A stretch of 64,000 nt of DNA from Mariprofundaceae bacterium (GTDB lineage Bacteria > Pseudomonadota > Zetaproteobacteria > Mariprofundales > Mariprofundaceae). The notes under the pieces were generated by a model. That model had not been told where the DNA came from, ran no database searches, and was given only the letters and a program-made list of their open reading frames with translations. The position numbers and the translations under genes are program-made. This document shows, piece by piece, positions 29,878 to 39,657 of this stretch. The stretch is taken from positions 9,306-73,305 of the forward strand of contig JAUZQQ010000027.1 of assembly GCA_030950905.1 (NCBI GenBank), in the 5' to 3' direction. How positions within the stretch are numbered: the stretch's first letter is position 1; each line of letters begins with the position of its first letter.

Positions 29878-30717
29878 ATGCCCCTCGACTCAAATTCACT
29901 GATAATCGCCTCTTTTATTAGGCAAATGAAAAGATCCTACGTGCAAGCATACGGCGAGACAAAACCACAATACGACGAAATAACGGCATGGGCAGGTCAC
30001 CTTGCTTTAGAAAACCTCAGCAACACCAATTCTTTGTACCACAATTTAGATCATACTATTTTGGTGGCTTCCGCTTCCTTGGTTATTCTTCAAGGAAAAC
30101 ACCTATTGGATGGTTGTGTTACCCCTTCAGACTGGATGCATTTCATGATCGCTTCGTTGTTTCATGATATTGGCTTTTTACCGGGCATTTGCCAAGGTGA
30201 TGATGGTGATGACTTGGTTATCAATGCGCAAGGCGAGCGAAAGCACTTCCCTAATCGAGGGACAAATGCAGCATTGATGGCCTACCATGTCGATCGCGGG
30301 AAAATTTTTATAAAGGAGCGTTTCGCACATCAATTGGCATATAATATTGATGTTGATCGCATTGTGGATTATATTGAAATGACACGCTTTCCTATTCCTG
30401 ATGATCAAGAACACAAAGAAAGTCATGGTTATGGCGCATTGGTTCGGGCTGCAGACTTAATCGGTCAATTGGGTGACCCTGCTTACATAAAAAAAATACC
30501 TGCGCTGTTTTATGAATTTGAAGAAATTGGCGCTAACAAACAATTAAACTACAAAACACCCGGTGATATGCGCGAAAAATACGCACCTTTTTTTTGGAAA
30601 TGTATTCATCCCTACCTTGCTGATGCCGTACGCTACTTGCAAGTAACACAGGAAGGGCGACAATGGATCACCAATCTAAACGCCCATGTATTTTCCGCAG
30701 AACATCAACAATTTTGA
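29878..30717 (+). CDS. HD-domain metal-dependent phosphohydrolase
   Basis: H...HD pattern: YHNLDHTILVA and SLFHDIGF. Confidence 0.6.
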   Translation: MPLDSNSLIIASFIRQMKRSYVQAYGETKPQYDEITAWAGHLALENLSNTNSLYHNLDHTILVASASLVILQGKHLLDGCVTPSDWMHFMIASLFHDIGFLPGICQGDDGDDLVINAQGERKHFPNRGTNAALMAYHVDRGKIFIKERFAHQLAYNIDVDRIVDYIEMTRFPIPDDQEHKESHGYGALVRAADLIGQLGDPAYIKKIPALFYEFEEIGANKQLNYKTPGDMREKYAPFFWKCIHPYLADAVRYLQVTQEGRQWITNLNAHVFSAEHQQF

Positions 30718-31880
30718 ATACCGATGCGCTAACCCACGCCATTGAATTAATTCAAAAAAAATCCATCACCCCAAAAGACCAAGGCTGTCAAGACTATATC
30801 GAACAAGTATTAGATCCCCTTGGGTTTTCTCGCGAATCTATTGATTGTGGCGGCGTATGGAACAGTATTTACTGCCGCAAAGGTGAATTGACTGGCTTGC
30901 TTGCTTTTGCAGGGCATACCGATGTTGTACCAACAGGCCCTGCTAATATGTGGCTGCATCCACCTTTTTCCGCCGTTGTGGCAATCGATAACGCAGGCAA
31001 AGAAATTTTACATGGACGTGGGGCGCAAGACATGAAGGGGGGTATTGCCTGCTTTCTTGCTGCCGTGCTTAGGCTTCATCAGCAAAATATAAACATGCCA
31101 AGCTTGCAATTGTTGATCACCTCCGATGAAGAAGGCGAGTCCATTGACGGTACGATTCGCATCGTTGAAGCCTTGCAAGAAAAAAAAGCCTTGCCTGACG
31201 CTGTGATTGTCGGTGAACCTTCTTGTCGCCATTATGTGGGTGATACCATTCGCCGAGGGCGACGTGGTGTGGTGCAGGCACGGATTGTTTTTCAGGGTAA
31301 ACAAGGCCATTCTGCATACCCTGATGATGCAAACAATGCCATTCATTTGGCATTGCCAGCATTGCATGCCATTGCTGCTATCCATTGGGGGCAAGCTTGC
31401 GATGGGTTCCCCGCGACGAGCTGCCAAATCAGCAACCTGAATGCTGGCACGGGAGCCATCAATGTAATCCCTGGTGAGGCGGTGGCAAGCCTGGATATTC
31501 GCTACAACCCCAACAACACCTTTGAAGATATTCAGGCGCGAGTTGACGCTTGCTGTATGAATATTACCTGCCATATTGAATGGAACCATACAGCGATAGC
31601 ATTTTCAACGCCTGATGGTGCTTTTCTTGATCTTGTTGACCGCAGCATTTTTCATTGCACGGGCATTAAAACCATTCGTGATACAGGCGGCGGTACATCT
31701 GACGGACGTTTTTTTGCTGCCGCAGGTGTGCCCGTGGTCGAGCTTGGTCTAACCAATAGCACTATTCATCAAATGAATGAATGCGTTGCTCTGGATGAAC
31801 TGACAACCTTGACCGATATTTATGCTCATATCATTGCATCTTTTGGCGATATTATGCCCCATCACTCCAACCAAACATGA
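30714..31880 (+). CDS. dapE: Succinyl-diaminopimelate desuccinylase
   Basis: M20 motifs FAGHTDVVPTGP, GRGAQDMKG, ITSDEEGES and GEPS. Start proposed at TTG 30714 (MNTDALTHAIELIQ), which aligns with the E. coli DapE N-terminus. The track ATG 30663 would overlap the upstream gene by 55 nt. Confidence 0.88.
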   Translation: MNTDALTHAIELIQKKSITPKDQGCQDYIEQVLDPLGFSRESIDCGGVWNSIYCRKGELTGLLAFAGHTDVVPTGPANMWLHPPFSAVVAIDNAGKEILHGRGAQDMKGGIACFLAAVLRLHQQNINMPSLQLLITSDEEGESIDGTIRIVEALQEKKALPDAVIVGEPSCRHYVGDTIRRGRRGVVQARIVFQGKQGHSAYPDDANNAIHLALPALHAIAAIHWGQACDGFPATSCQISNLNAGTGAINVIPGEAVASLDIRYNPNNTFEDIQARVDACCMNITCHIEWNHTAIAFSTPDGAFLDLVDRSIFHCTGIKTIRDTGGGTSDGRFFAAAGVPVVELGLTNSTIHQMNECVALDELTTLTDIYAHIIASFGDIMPHHSNQT

Positions 31881-33382
31881 TAATGCGTAACATCCTGTTT
31901 TAACCTAAACAAGGTGCGCGGATGCAAACCTTGTGCCAGCACTTCTTCCTGAATGGTGGTTATATTCATGCCTTGCTGGGTTAATAACTGTTGTATATTT
32001 TCAGGGATAATTGATGACAATGTATGCGCCTCATTGGCTGGCATGGTTATACAGAGGTCTTCTTCGTCAGGGCGGGTTATCTTCACCTTTAATGCCCGCG
32101 CCATGCCCTCGGAAATTTCTACTGGGGTAATATTTTGAGGACGTGCTTGCCATGCTTCTGCTTGGCCACGAACCGATTCGCTTACCGCTAAAGTAAGTAT
32201 TGGCCACCATGGTATTTTCACCTTTAGCAGAGCCAGTTGTGCGGTTAAACCTTGAAAAATACGCATCAACAAAAACAAATCAGCAGGCCCCGCCGAACGG
32301 AACCACCAACGTTGATCCCCGAGCAAGGTTGCAGCCTCTTTGCCGGGGTGCCATGTTTGAACATCAAAAGGATGATCCTCAATCAACGGTCGAAACAATG
32401 CATGGCTTAAAGCAGGCAGTTGCGGGGCAATAAAAGCAAGTTTATCTGCATCAAAACCAAGGGCAGCATAAACATCAATCATATTAATAGCCATGTCACC
32501 ACGCTGCGCCATGATCAGCTTTAACAAGGCCATGCGGCGTGTTTTTGTAATGGTAATGGTACAGCCAAAATCCAGTAAGGTAAGTTTCACACCATCGTTG
32601 CCATGTTGCACCATCATGTTGCCAGGATGCGGGTCGCCATGCACCAAACCATGGACAAACAAGCTTTGAAACAAGGTCATCATCAATGTTCTCGCTAAAG
32701 AAATACGCTCAGCCAACGGCCAATCTGCGGCTGTCGCCAAACGTTGCCCTTCGCACCATTCTTGCACCAGCACTTGGGCATGGCATAAGTGCGATTCAAC
32801 CTTTGGAATCATCAAGCCGGGTACGTCCAACTGTGAAAGAAACATTTGTTGCGTTTTCATTTCGTGGCAGTAGTCCAATTCATGGCGCATGTTATCTGCC
32901 AGTGTTTGGCGGTAAGCTTCCAAGTCAAATTGCCACCGCTTAACAGGCCCAACGCCCGGCATCAATCCCGTTATACGCATTTCTGAGGCAATGGATTTTG
33001 CAATACCAAGGTATTGTACTTTAATCGCCACCACCCGACCATTTTTTAATAGGCCCCTATGCACCTGCCCCAGCGAAGCCGCAGCCTCACTTTCTTCAAT
33101 ATTGAACAATACCTCCTCCAATGGGCATTGCCATGCTGATTCCAAAACGGGGCGCATGCGCGATAATGGCCAAGGTGTGACACTGTGGGTTAAGTTTTGA
33201 AATTCAGAAGCATCGCCCATTCCAGCGAGTACCTGCCCCATTTTCATGGGTAATCCGCGAGCATCGGCCATCTGTAACGATAGGGCGCGTCGTGCAACTG
33301 CGCGGGCATCTTCTGTATTTGCTATCCGCAGCTTCCAGACACTGTATGCCATGCGCAACCAATACCATATTCGTATGATCAT
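31862..33382 (-). CDS. ABC1/UbiB-family atypical protein kinase
   Basis: LGQVHRGLLKNGRVVAIKVQY (ATP-binding Lys context) and catalytic VHGDPHPGNMM. Confidence 0.8.
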   Translation of the reverse strand: MIIRIWYWLRMAYSVWKLRIANTEDARAVARRALSLQMADARGLPMKMGQVLAGMGDASEFQNLTHSVTPWPLSRMRPVLESAWQCPLEEVLFNIEESEAAASLGQVHRGLLKNGRVVAIKVQYLGIAKSIASEMRITGLMPGVGPVKRWQFDLEAYRQTLADNMRHELDYCHEMKTQQMFLSQLDVPGLMIPKVESHLCHAQVLVQEWCEGQRLATAADWPLAERISLARTLMMTLFQSLFVHGLVHGDPHPGNMMVQHGNDGVKLTLLDFGCTITITKTRRMALLKLIMAQRGDMAINMIDVYAALGFDADKLAFIAPQLPALSHALFRPLIEDHPFDVQTWHPGKEAATLLGDQRWWFRSAGPADLFLLMRIFQGLTAQLALLKVKIPWWPILTLAVSESVRGQAEAWQARPQNITPVEISEGMARALKVKITRPDEEDLCITMPANEAHTLSSIIPENIQQLLTQQGMNITTIQEEVLAQGLHPRTLFRLKQDVTHYHVWLE

Positions 33383-34020
33383 GTTTGGCCATAGCCATCT
33401 ATGAAATAACGATCAACATCAATCCCTTGCTCTTGCAATGTTTCGTAAAGCTCTCGCTGCTGAAAATCAAGCGTGGCATCTTTTAATGCCTGAATCGCTA
33501 CGCCTTCTGTAACCAGCAAGTCGCCCTCGCCAAGGCATAAAAACTCTGCGCGTTCGGTAATGCGCGCACGGGCTTTGTTGCGAAAGTCTACGGGGACAAT
33601 ACGCAATACATGGCGAACAAGGCTATCAACCTGTTCATCCCAAGGTAGGTTTTTAGGCAGTGGTGGCAGTACGGCCAGTTCATCTTCATTAAGTGTGCGG
33701 CACAAACAAAGTTGCAGCCCGCAATCGGTATTAAAATGTTGCCAGCATAATGCGCCTTGCTGCTGAATACTTGCATCCATGGCATACACGTGGGGTAGTT
33801 TTGATAAATACGACGAATCCACAGCCATATCCGTGCTATGCAATTGCAAGGCTACAGATGAAGGCTTGCCTGTATGCAACACAAGAGTGATCGCATCATT
33901 TTTTGCCAACCAACTTTCATCGTCTTGATAAAAACATTTAAAATCAAATGTATCACGAAGAAATAACGCTGCCTTTTTGGGCACTGGAACACTAAAATGA
34001 ATAGCCATTGCATAAAACAT
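33379..34020 (-). CDS. Hypothetical protein with possible C-terminal PCP_red-like (protochlorophyllide reductase 57-kD subunit C-terminal) domain
   Basis: The C-terminal stretch LPWDEQVDSLVRHVLRIVPVDFRNKARARITERAEFLCLGEGDLLVTEGVAIQALKDA resembles the W-x-EA...IP-FVR-xxA...E-xA...G...IT pattern of that domain. 4-nt overlap with the ABC1 kinase gene. Confidence 0.35.
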   Translation of the reverse strand: MFYAMAIHFSVPVPKKAALFLRDTFDFKCFYQDDESWLAKNDAITLVLHTGKPSSVALQLHSTDMAVDSSYLSKLPHVYAMDASIQQQGALCWQHFNTDCGLQLCLCRTLNEDELAVLPPLPKNLPWDEQVDSLVRHVLRIVPVDFRNKARARITERAEFLCLGEGDLLVTEGVAIQALKDATLDFQQRELYETLQEQGIDVDRYFIDGYGQT

Positions 34021-34080
34021 GGGGGAAACCCTTAGAGAAACAGAGAGATGTTAGAACAAATCAAGGCAAAAATTTTAACA

Positions 34081-35184
34081 TTAACAGTCCACCATTGATT
34101 GCGCTCGAATCACTGCTGCCCGTGTCTCTACTTCTTCAACCAAAATATCAATAATGTTTGCCGACTTTACCTTTCCTGCTTTTGCACCATCGCAATACAA
34201 GGTATGAATAGGGTAGCCCCCTGTAATGCCAAGGGCTACCTCTTGGGCTTCTCCTGGGCCATTCACGACACAGCCAATCACTGCCACATCCAAGCTTTCT
34301 TTAATGTGAGACAAGCGGTTTTCCAGTTCTGATACCACCTCAATCACGGCAAATTTTTGTCTTGCACAACTTGGGCAAGCAATAAGATTTACGCCACGGT
34401 GGCGCAAGCCCATGCTTTTAAGAATCTCAAAACCCACCCGAACTTCTTCTTCTGGTTCGGCAGCCAATGAGACACGAATGGTGTCGCCAATACCATCGAC
34501 CAGTAGCAAACCAAGTCCAATGGCCGATTTAATACTCCCAGCAAAACGACTGCCTGACTCAGTAATACCCAAGTGCAAAGGGTAATCCACCATGGTTGCC
34601 AACTTGCGGTAGGCCAGCACGGTCATCGGGATATTGCTCGCTTTAAGTGAAATTTTTATAGCATGAAAGTTCATATCTTCTAATATATGAATATGGTTCA
34701 TCGCTGACTCTACCATTGCATCGGCACAAGGTTCGCCATATTTTTCATACAGGCTTTTTTCTAGTGAGCCAGCATTGACACCAATACGAATCGAAACAGC
34801 ACGTTCACGCGCTGCTGCAACCACACGTTCGATGCGTGAACGCCCACCGATATTACCAGGGTTTAGGCGCAGTCCATGCACGCCTGCATCCAACGAAGCC
34901 AGTGCCATTTTATAACTAAAATGAATGTCGGCAATAATTGGGATGGTGGTTTGGTCAATAATCTCAGGCATGGCTGCTGCTGATTCGGCATCAGGCACTG
35001 AAACACGCACCACGTCTGCCCCCGCTTCAGCAATGCGTGTTATCTGCGCCACTGTTGCATCAATATCAGTGGTGGGGGTGTTGGTCATCGATTGCACGGC
35101 AATAGGGGCATCACCGCCAATACAAATACTGCCAACCTGCAAGGTTCGGCTTGTACGTCTTGCTTGTACAATGGTATCACGCAT
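34081..35184 (-). CDS. ispG: 4-hydroxy-3-methylbut-2-en-1-yl diphosphate synthase
   Basis: IAVQSMTNT N-terminal motif and Fe-S ligand motifs IACPSCARQ and GCVVNGPGE. Confidence 0.95.
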   Translation of the reverse strand: MRDTIVQARRTSRTLQVGSICIGGDAPIAVQSMTNTPTTDIDATVAQITRIAEAGADVVRVSVPDAESAAAMPEIIDQTTIPIIADIHFSYKMALASLDAGVHGLRLNPGNIGGRSRIERVVAAARERAVSIRIGVNAGSLEKSLYEKYGEPCADAMVESAMNHIHILEDMNFHAIKISLKASNIPMTVLAYRKLATMVDYPLHLGITESGSRFAGSIKSAIGLGLLLVDGIGDTIRVSLAAEPEEEVRVGFEILKSMGLRHRGVNLIACPSCARQKFAVIEVVSELENRLSHIKESLDVAVIGCVVNGPGEAQEVALGITGGYPIHTLYCDGAKAGKVKSANIIDILVEEVETRAAVIRAQSMVDC

Positions 35185-35186
35185 GG

Positions 35187-35378
35187 TTACGTGCCACGAA
35201 TCAAATGAAGACGCTCTTCCACTTGCAATGCTCGCTGCAAAACATCGCTGTACGCTTTATTGCTGGGCATAAATTTCACCGCCTTGTGCCAAAAATCCAC
35301 GCTTTCGTCTACCTGTTCGGTAGAAAAGTCTTGCCGCCCTTTGTTGAACCATGGTTTTCTATTCTTGTTCATGCTCAC
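35187..35378 (-). CDS. Hypothetical small protein (63 aa) immediately upstream of ispG
   Basis: ORF only. Its stop is 2 nt from the ispG ATG, suggesting co-translation. No recognisable motif. Confidence 0.3.
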   Translation of the reverse strand: MSMNKNRKPWFNKGRQDFSTEQVDESVDFWHKAVKFMPSNKAYSDVLQRALQVEERLHLIRGT

Positions 35379-35513
35379 AACGCAATGCTAGAATTTATGC
35401 TTGAAAATAGAAAGCCCTGGACGGGTATTTTTATTTTTAATATGTTTTTCACACAGCTGTTGCTTATTGCGTAATAAAAAAGATAATTACTTATTTTTCT
35501 AAGGATTATAAAT

Positions 35514-36791
35514 ATGTCAATGGAAAAATCCAAGGCTATTGTTTTGGCAGCCGTCCAATCAGGTGATTTTCTTTTGGCATCGCAAACATGTATCGCTTTG
35601 GCAAAAGAAACCAAACATGATGCTGAATTATGGGAAATGGCAGCGCAACTTTGCAATCAGGCAGGGCAGCCCAAAGCAGCCGCAACATGTTATGCTTACA
35701 GTGCTCGCGTGTTTATGGCACAAAAAAAACCAGCCCAAGCAATCAGCATGATGAAGCATTATGCTGCGCTTAGCTATCAAGACCCACAACAAGCTTGTCG
35801 CCACTTGTTTTTTGCCTGTCGTGCTGGCGGGCTTGATTGCAATATTTGCAGCATTCGTGAGGTTTCACAAGATGTTTGTTGCATGTTGTTTCGAAACGAT
35901 GATTTTTGGCGTAATATCCCTGATCAAGCTGTAGCCACCTTGTTAAAAGGGTCAAGTGTTCATCGTTATGCTGATGGCGCGTATATTGCCAAAGAGGGAA
36001 GCAAAAGCACTTCGATATACCTTGTTTCTCACGGCAGCATTCAATTGCAATTAAACGCTGTTAATGGCGGTCAAAAATCACTTTCCACCATTCATACAGG
36101 CAGTGTATGTGGTGAGATTTCTTATTACCTTCAATGGCCTGAGCGCGTTTATTCTATCATTGCAGGTGATGATTGCGAAGTGGTAGAAATTCCTTATCAG
36201 ACATTGCATAAACTTTGTCAGCAATACCCTGTTATAAAAAAATGGATGGATCATCATTTTGAAAAAGATATATTGGAACATATACTGGCCAATATACCTT
36301 TTTTTGAAAAGCTAGAAACATTAAAGCTGTATGATATTTCCCAACAAATGCAGCCAAAGGTGTTTGCCGCAGGAGACGTTGTTTTTCAACAGGACGACAT
36401 TCACGACTTGGATCTTTTTTTGATTCAAACAGGTTGGATTAACTTAAATTATGAATGGCATAACAAAACCTACCATCTATGCACGCTAAAGCCAGGTGAT
36501 GTTTTTGGTGCTGTGGCTATGATTGAATCAAAACGAAAAGTTACAGCGCGGTCTATTGCAGCGTGCAAGCTTATGTGTTGGTCTGAGTCGGACTTTAAAG
36601 CTGCCTACGCACAGTGTTTTCAGCTTCGGGACAATGTTGCCGAAAGCATGGCGCGTTACCAACATGCATTGGATGAAATTCGCCAATATGATCCCAAATC
36701 AAATGCACCACAGCCTGAAATTGATCGCGTGGTGTTATTGGATGCTATGTATTGCCGTAACAATATTGCTCAGGCCTACTTCAATACCTGA
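35514..36791 (+). CDS. Protein with helical N-terminal region and two cyclic-nucleotide-binding (CAP_ED-like) domains
   Basis: Two beta-barrel cNMP-like segments, each ending in a G-x-x-x-GE/GA...R-x-A pattern (VCGEISYY...RVYSIIA and GDVFGAVAMIESKRKVTARSIA). No enzymatic or DNA-binding output domain recognised. Confidence 0.55.
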   Translation: MSMEKSKAIVLAAVQSGDFLLASQTCIALAKETKHDAELWEMAAQLCNQAGQPKAAATCYAYSARVFMAQKKPAQAISMMKHYAALSYQDPQQACRHLFFACRAGGLDCNICSIREVSQDVCCMLFRNDDFWRNIPDQAVATLLKGSSVHRYADGAYIAKEGSKSTSIYLVSHGSIQLQLNAVNGGQKSLSTIHTGSVCGEISYYLQWPERVYSIIAGDDCEVVEIPYQTLHKLCQQYPVIKKWMDHHFEKDILEHILANIPFFEKLETLKLYDISQQMQPKVFAAGDVVFQQDDIHDLDLFLIQTGWINLNYEWHNKTYHLCTLKPGDVFGAVAMIESKRKVTARSIAACKLMCWSESDFKAAYAQCFQLRDNVAESMARYQHALDEIRQYDPKSNAPQPEIDRVVLLDAMYCRNNIAQAYFNT

Positions 36792-37367
36792 AGCAACACG
36801 CTTTACAGGCGCAAAAGAAAAACGGTGGTATGGTGAAGCACCAAGGGTGCGCAATGCTTCCATGTGCTGCTTGGTTCCATAACCCTTGTGTTGAGCAAAA
36901 CCATAACCCCTATATTTCACATCGGCCATGCCCATCAGTCGGTCACGCACCACTTTGGCGACAATCGAAGCCGCCGCAATAGAAGGCTCGGTATCGTCCC
37001 CGCCAACAATGGCTGTTGCTGGCATGGTGAGTGTTGGTAGGCGATTGCCGTCTATCAGTACGTGGTCTGGGGTAATGGCAAGTGCCTCGACTGCCATTTT
37101 CATGCATTGCAAGGTTGCTTGTAAAATATTAAGGCGATCAATATCAGCAGCAGACAGATAAGCCAACGCATAAGCAGATGCATGTTGGCGCAAATGATGG
37201 TAAAAAAACAAACGCTTTTTTGCACTAAGTTTTTTTGAATCGCGGTATTTTCCAAGGCAAGGGTCATTGCTGTCTAAAACAACCGCAGCACAAACCACAG
37301 GCCCTGCAAGAGGCCCACGCCCTACCTCATCAACACCTGCAACTATTTCTATTTTTTTAGGAAACAT
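36735..37367 (-). CDS. rnhB: Ribonuclease HII
   Basis: AGVDEVGRGPLAGPVV catalytic motif and DSKKLS. The C-terminal 19 codons overlap the convergent cNMP-binding gene. Confidence 0.92.
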   Translation of the reverse strand: MFPKKIEIVAGVDEVGRGPLAGPVVCAAVVLDSNDPCLGKYRDSKKLSAKKRLFFYHHLRQHASAYALAYLSAADIDRLNILQATLQCMKMAVEALAITPDHVLIDGNRLPTLTMPATAIVGGDDTEPSIAAASIVAKVVRDRLMGMADVKYRGYGFAQHKGYGTKQHMEALRTLGASPYHRFSFAPVKRVASGIEVGLSNIVTAIHSIQ

Positions 37368-38694
37368 CCGATACCTGTTGCCAACGTCGTAACAGCAACC
37401 AATATGCAGCCCCTATTTCAAGCAACAAAATTGGCCACTGTATAAGGGGGTATGCTTGTTCTGGCAAAGGCAGTAAAAACAAAGCCAGCCACTCTTGCGT
37501 ATTTGCAGCAAAAAAAATTGCGGGTAAAATACTGTAACTACAGGTCAAATAAACAACCATCGCAACCCTATTGGAAGGTTTAAAATGGGGGCGAAAACGC
37601 ACCCATAGCAATAAAATAAAGTCGCGTACGGCAAACAGTAAAAGACTTAGCAAAAAGAACACACTATTGGCAAGCTCAAGAAGCTGACTCGATATAAGGA
37701 AAAAAGGCAATACAAGCAGAGCGAGGGCAAGGCTTACCAACCAGCAGGGGATTAATTGAACCAATTCTTTGCCGTTTGCAGCACGCAATGCTATCAAACC
37801 ACGTTTAATATCAAGTGCCGTAGTATCTTCGAGAAAAAACATAAGATAAGCAATGGTCACAGCCAAAAGGAAAGCAATGGCCAAAGTAACTGACCACGGA
37901 TCATGAAGATTCAAAAAAGCAACATCAACAAAAAAACCTGCCATATATACCATTAAAAACAGCTCAAAAACAAGCCAGACAATAAAACCTTGACGCATTT
38001 GCAACTCAACCCGCATCAGCCGGTAAAGACCAAGCAATGCCCATGCTAAAAACAAAAGAGCACTGGCATTGATAAAAATAGTTTTTGGAATCTCCATCCC
38101 ATTCCATAGGGCAGGCGTATTTATATTAGCCAGCGCGCCAACAAACCACGGTGCTAGCATCAGCAACACCAATATCACATACGGAAAAGATTGATTGCGA
38201 CCCGATAAACCCATTCGGTTGATCGAGCGCAATGAAAACAAAAGCGTCAGGGCTTGCAACAAAAGGCCTGCCAACACAACAAACAATGCAAGTGCAGCAC
38301 GCAACGGCCATGCTTCAGAAGAGACCGACAGGTAAATAAGCAAACACCAGATCACACCATACCATGTAAACAAGGTACTCCCCAGCAACTTCCCCCATAC
38401 CAATTGCCACGGCGACAAGGCAGACATTCGTTGCGCGTGCCATGTTTGCCCACGCACTTCACCAAGCAGGGATTCTGAAGCCAAATGTGATCCCCATACA
38501 ATAAACCATGGTGCAATGAGCATTACCATTTTGCTAACACCAGAAAAATCGTTTGGACCATTATCCATATACCACACCATTAAACACAAAAGCCCAATAA
38601 TAATAGGCAGGCCAATCATACGGTGCAGGCTTAATTCTAGCCAAACATGACGCATAAACTCAGGGTTTTTAGCGGTCAAAACTGAAGGGGTCAT
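37357..38694 (-). CDS. Polytopic membrane protein, putative permease partner of the adjacent ABC ATPase
   Basis: At least 10 hydrophobic segments. 4-nt overlap with the upstream ABC ATPase gene and 11-nt overlap with rnhB. No family motif recognised. Confidence 0.5.
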   Translation of the reverse strand: MTPSVLTAKNPEFMRHVWLELSLHRMIGLPIIIGLLCLMVWYMDNGPNDFSGVSKMVMLIAPWFIVWGSHLASESLLGEVRGQTWHAQRMSALSPWQLVWGKLLGSTLFTWYGVIWCLLIYLSVSSEAWPLRAALALFVVLAGLLLQALTLLFSLRSINRMGLSGRNQSFPYVILVLLMLAPWFVGALANINTPALWNGMEIPKTIFINASALLFLAWALLGLYRLMRVELQMRQGFIVWLVFELFLMVYMAGFFVDVAFLNLHDPWSVTLAIAFLLAVTIAYLMFFLEDTTALDIKRGLIALRAANGKELVQLIPCWLVSLALALLVLPFFLISSQLLELANSVFFLLSLLLFAVRDFILLLWVRFRPHFKPSNRVAMVVYLTCSYSILPAIFFAANTQEWLALFLLPLPEQAYPLIQWPILLLEIGAAYWLLLRRWQQVSDVS

Positions 38695-39614
38695 GGTGTC
38701 TCCTGTGTCGCCAAGTACGCATCTTGTAAAGAAGACTGGTATTCATAAAAAGACAACACGGGTACCTCATGGGCAATCAATGTACGCAATAATTGCTGTC
38801 GTTTATGGGCGTCATCATCAAACAAAAAGCGAACCCCTGTTTTGGTTTCATGAATAGCACCCGTATTGGCTATAAGTTTGATCTGATTGATGGCATCTTG
38901 CCGCGCGGTTGCAGAAGGGGTGAGTAATTCTAATGCTAACCACAATTGGGCATGATTTTGCAAGGTATTGTGTTGATGATCAACGATTTTACCTTGTCTT
39001 AAGACAATCATGTCATCGCAATAGGCATCCAATTCGCTCAAAATGTGGGAAGAAACCAGTAGCGTTACGCCTTCTTTTTTTAAACGCAAAAAAACATCGG
39101 CCAACGAATGTCTTGCTTCAGGGTCAAGCCCTGAGGCGGGTTCGTCGAGCAATAAAAACTGCGGTTGATGGACAATGGCTTGGGCAATGGCCAAGCGTTG
39201 ACGCAAACCACGTGACAGGCTACCCGCTTCTTGCATCATTCGATCGGTTAATTGCAACAAATCACTGGCTCGCGTTACAGCAGCAGAAACTTGCAACCTT
39301 GGCAAACCATGTGCCAAAGCAAAATAGGTTAAACATTGCTTGACCGTTAAGCTATCATAAAGCCCAAAGAAATCAGGCAAAAACCCAATGTTTCGATGGG
39401 CTTCACGCGGGTTAAGAAACACATCGCAAGCATTTATTTTCACGCTGCCTGAAAAGGGACGTGTTAACACCGCCAAAATACGAAGCAAGGTGCTTTTCCC
39501 CGCGCCATTTGGCCCAACCAATGCGGTGATTGTCCCCTTGCGAATATCAAGAGATACTTGATTCAACGCACGCAATTGTGGGTATTCAAAACAAACATTT
39601 CGCACTTGCATCAT
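38691..39614 (-). CDS. ABC transporter ATP-binding protein (ABC-2/exporter type)
   Basis: Walker A GPNGAGKST, signature LSRGLRQR, Walker B LLLDEPASGLD and H-loop SSHIL. Confidence 0.9.
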   Translation of the reverse strand: MMQVRNVCFEYPQLRALNQVSLDIRKGTITALVGPNGAGKSTLLRILAVLTRPFSGSVKINACDVFLNPREAHRNIGFLPDFFGLYDSLTVKQCLTYFALAHGLPRLQVSAAVTRASDLLQLTDRMMQEAGSLSRGLRQRLAIAQAIVHQPQFLLLDEPASGLDPEARHSLADVFLRLKKEGVTLLVSSHILSELDAYCDDMIVLRQGKIVDHQHNTLQNHAQLWLALELLTPSATARQDAINQIKLIANTGAIHETKTGVRFLFDDDAHKRQQLLRTLIAHEVPVLSFYEYQSSLQDAYLATQETP

Positions 39615-39657
39615 ACAATAACGTCCTTGTTTTTATAGAGATTACCTGAAGGGATAG

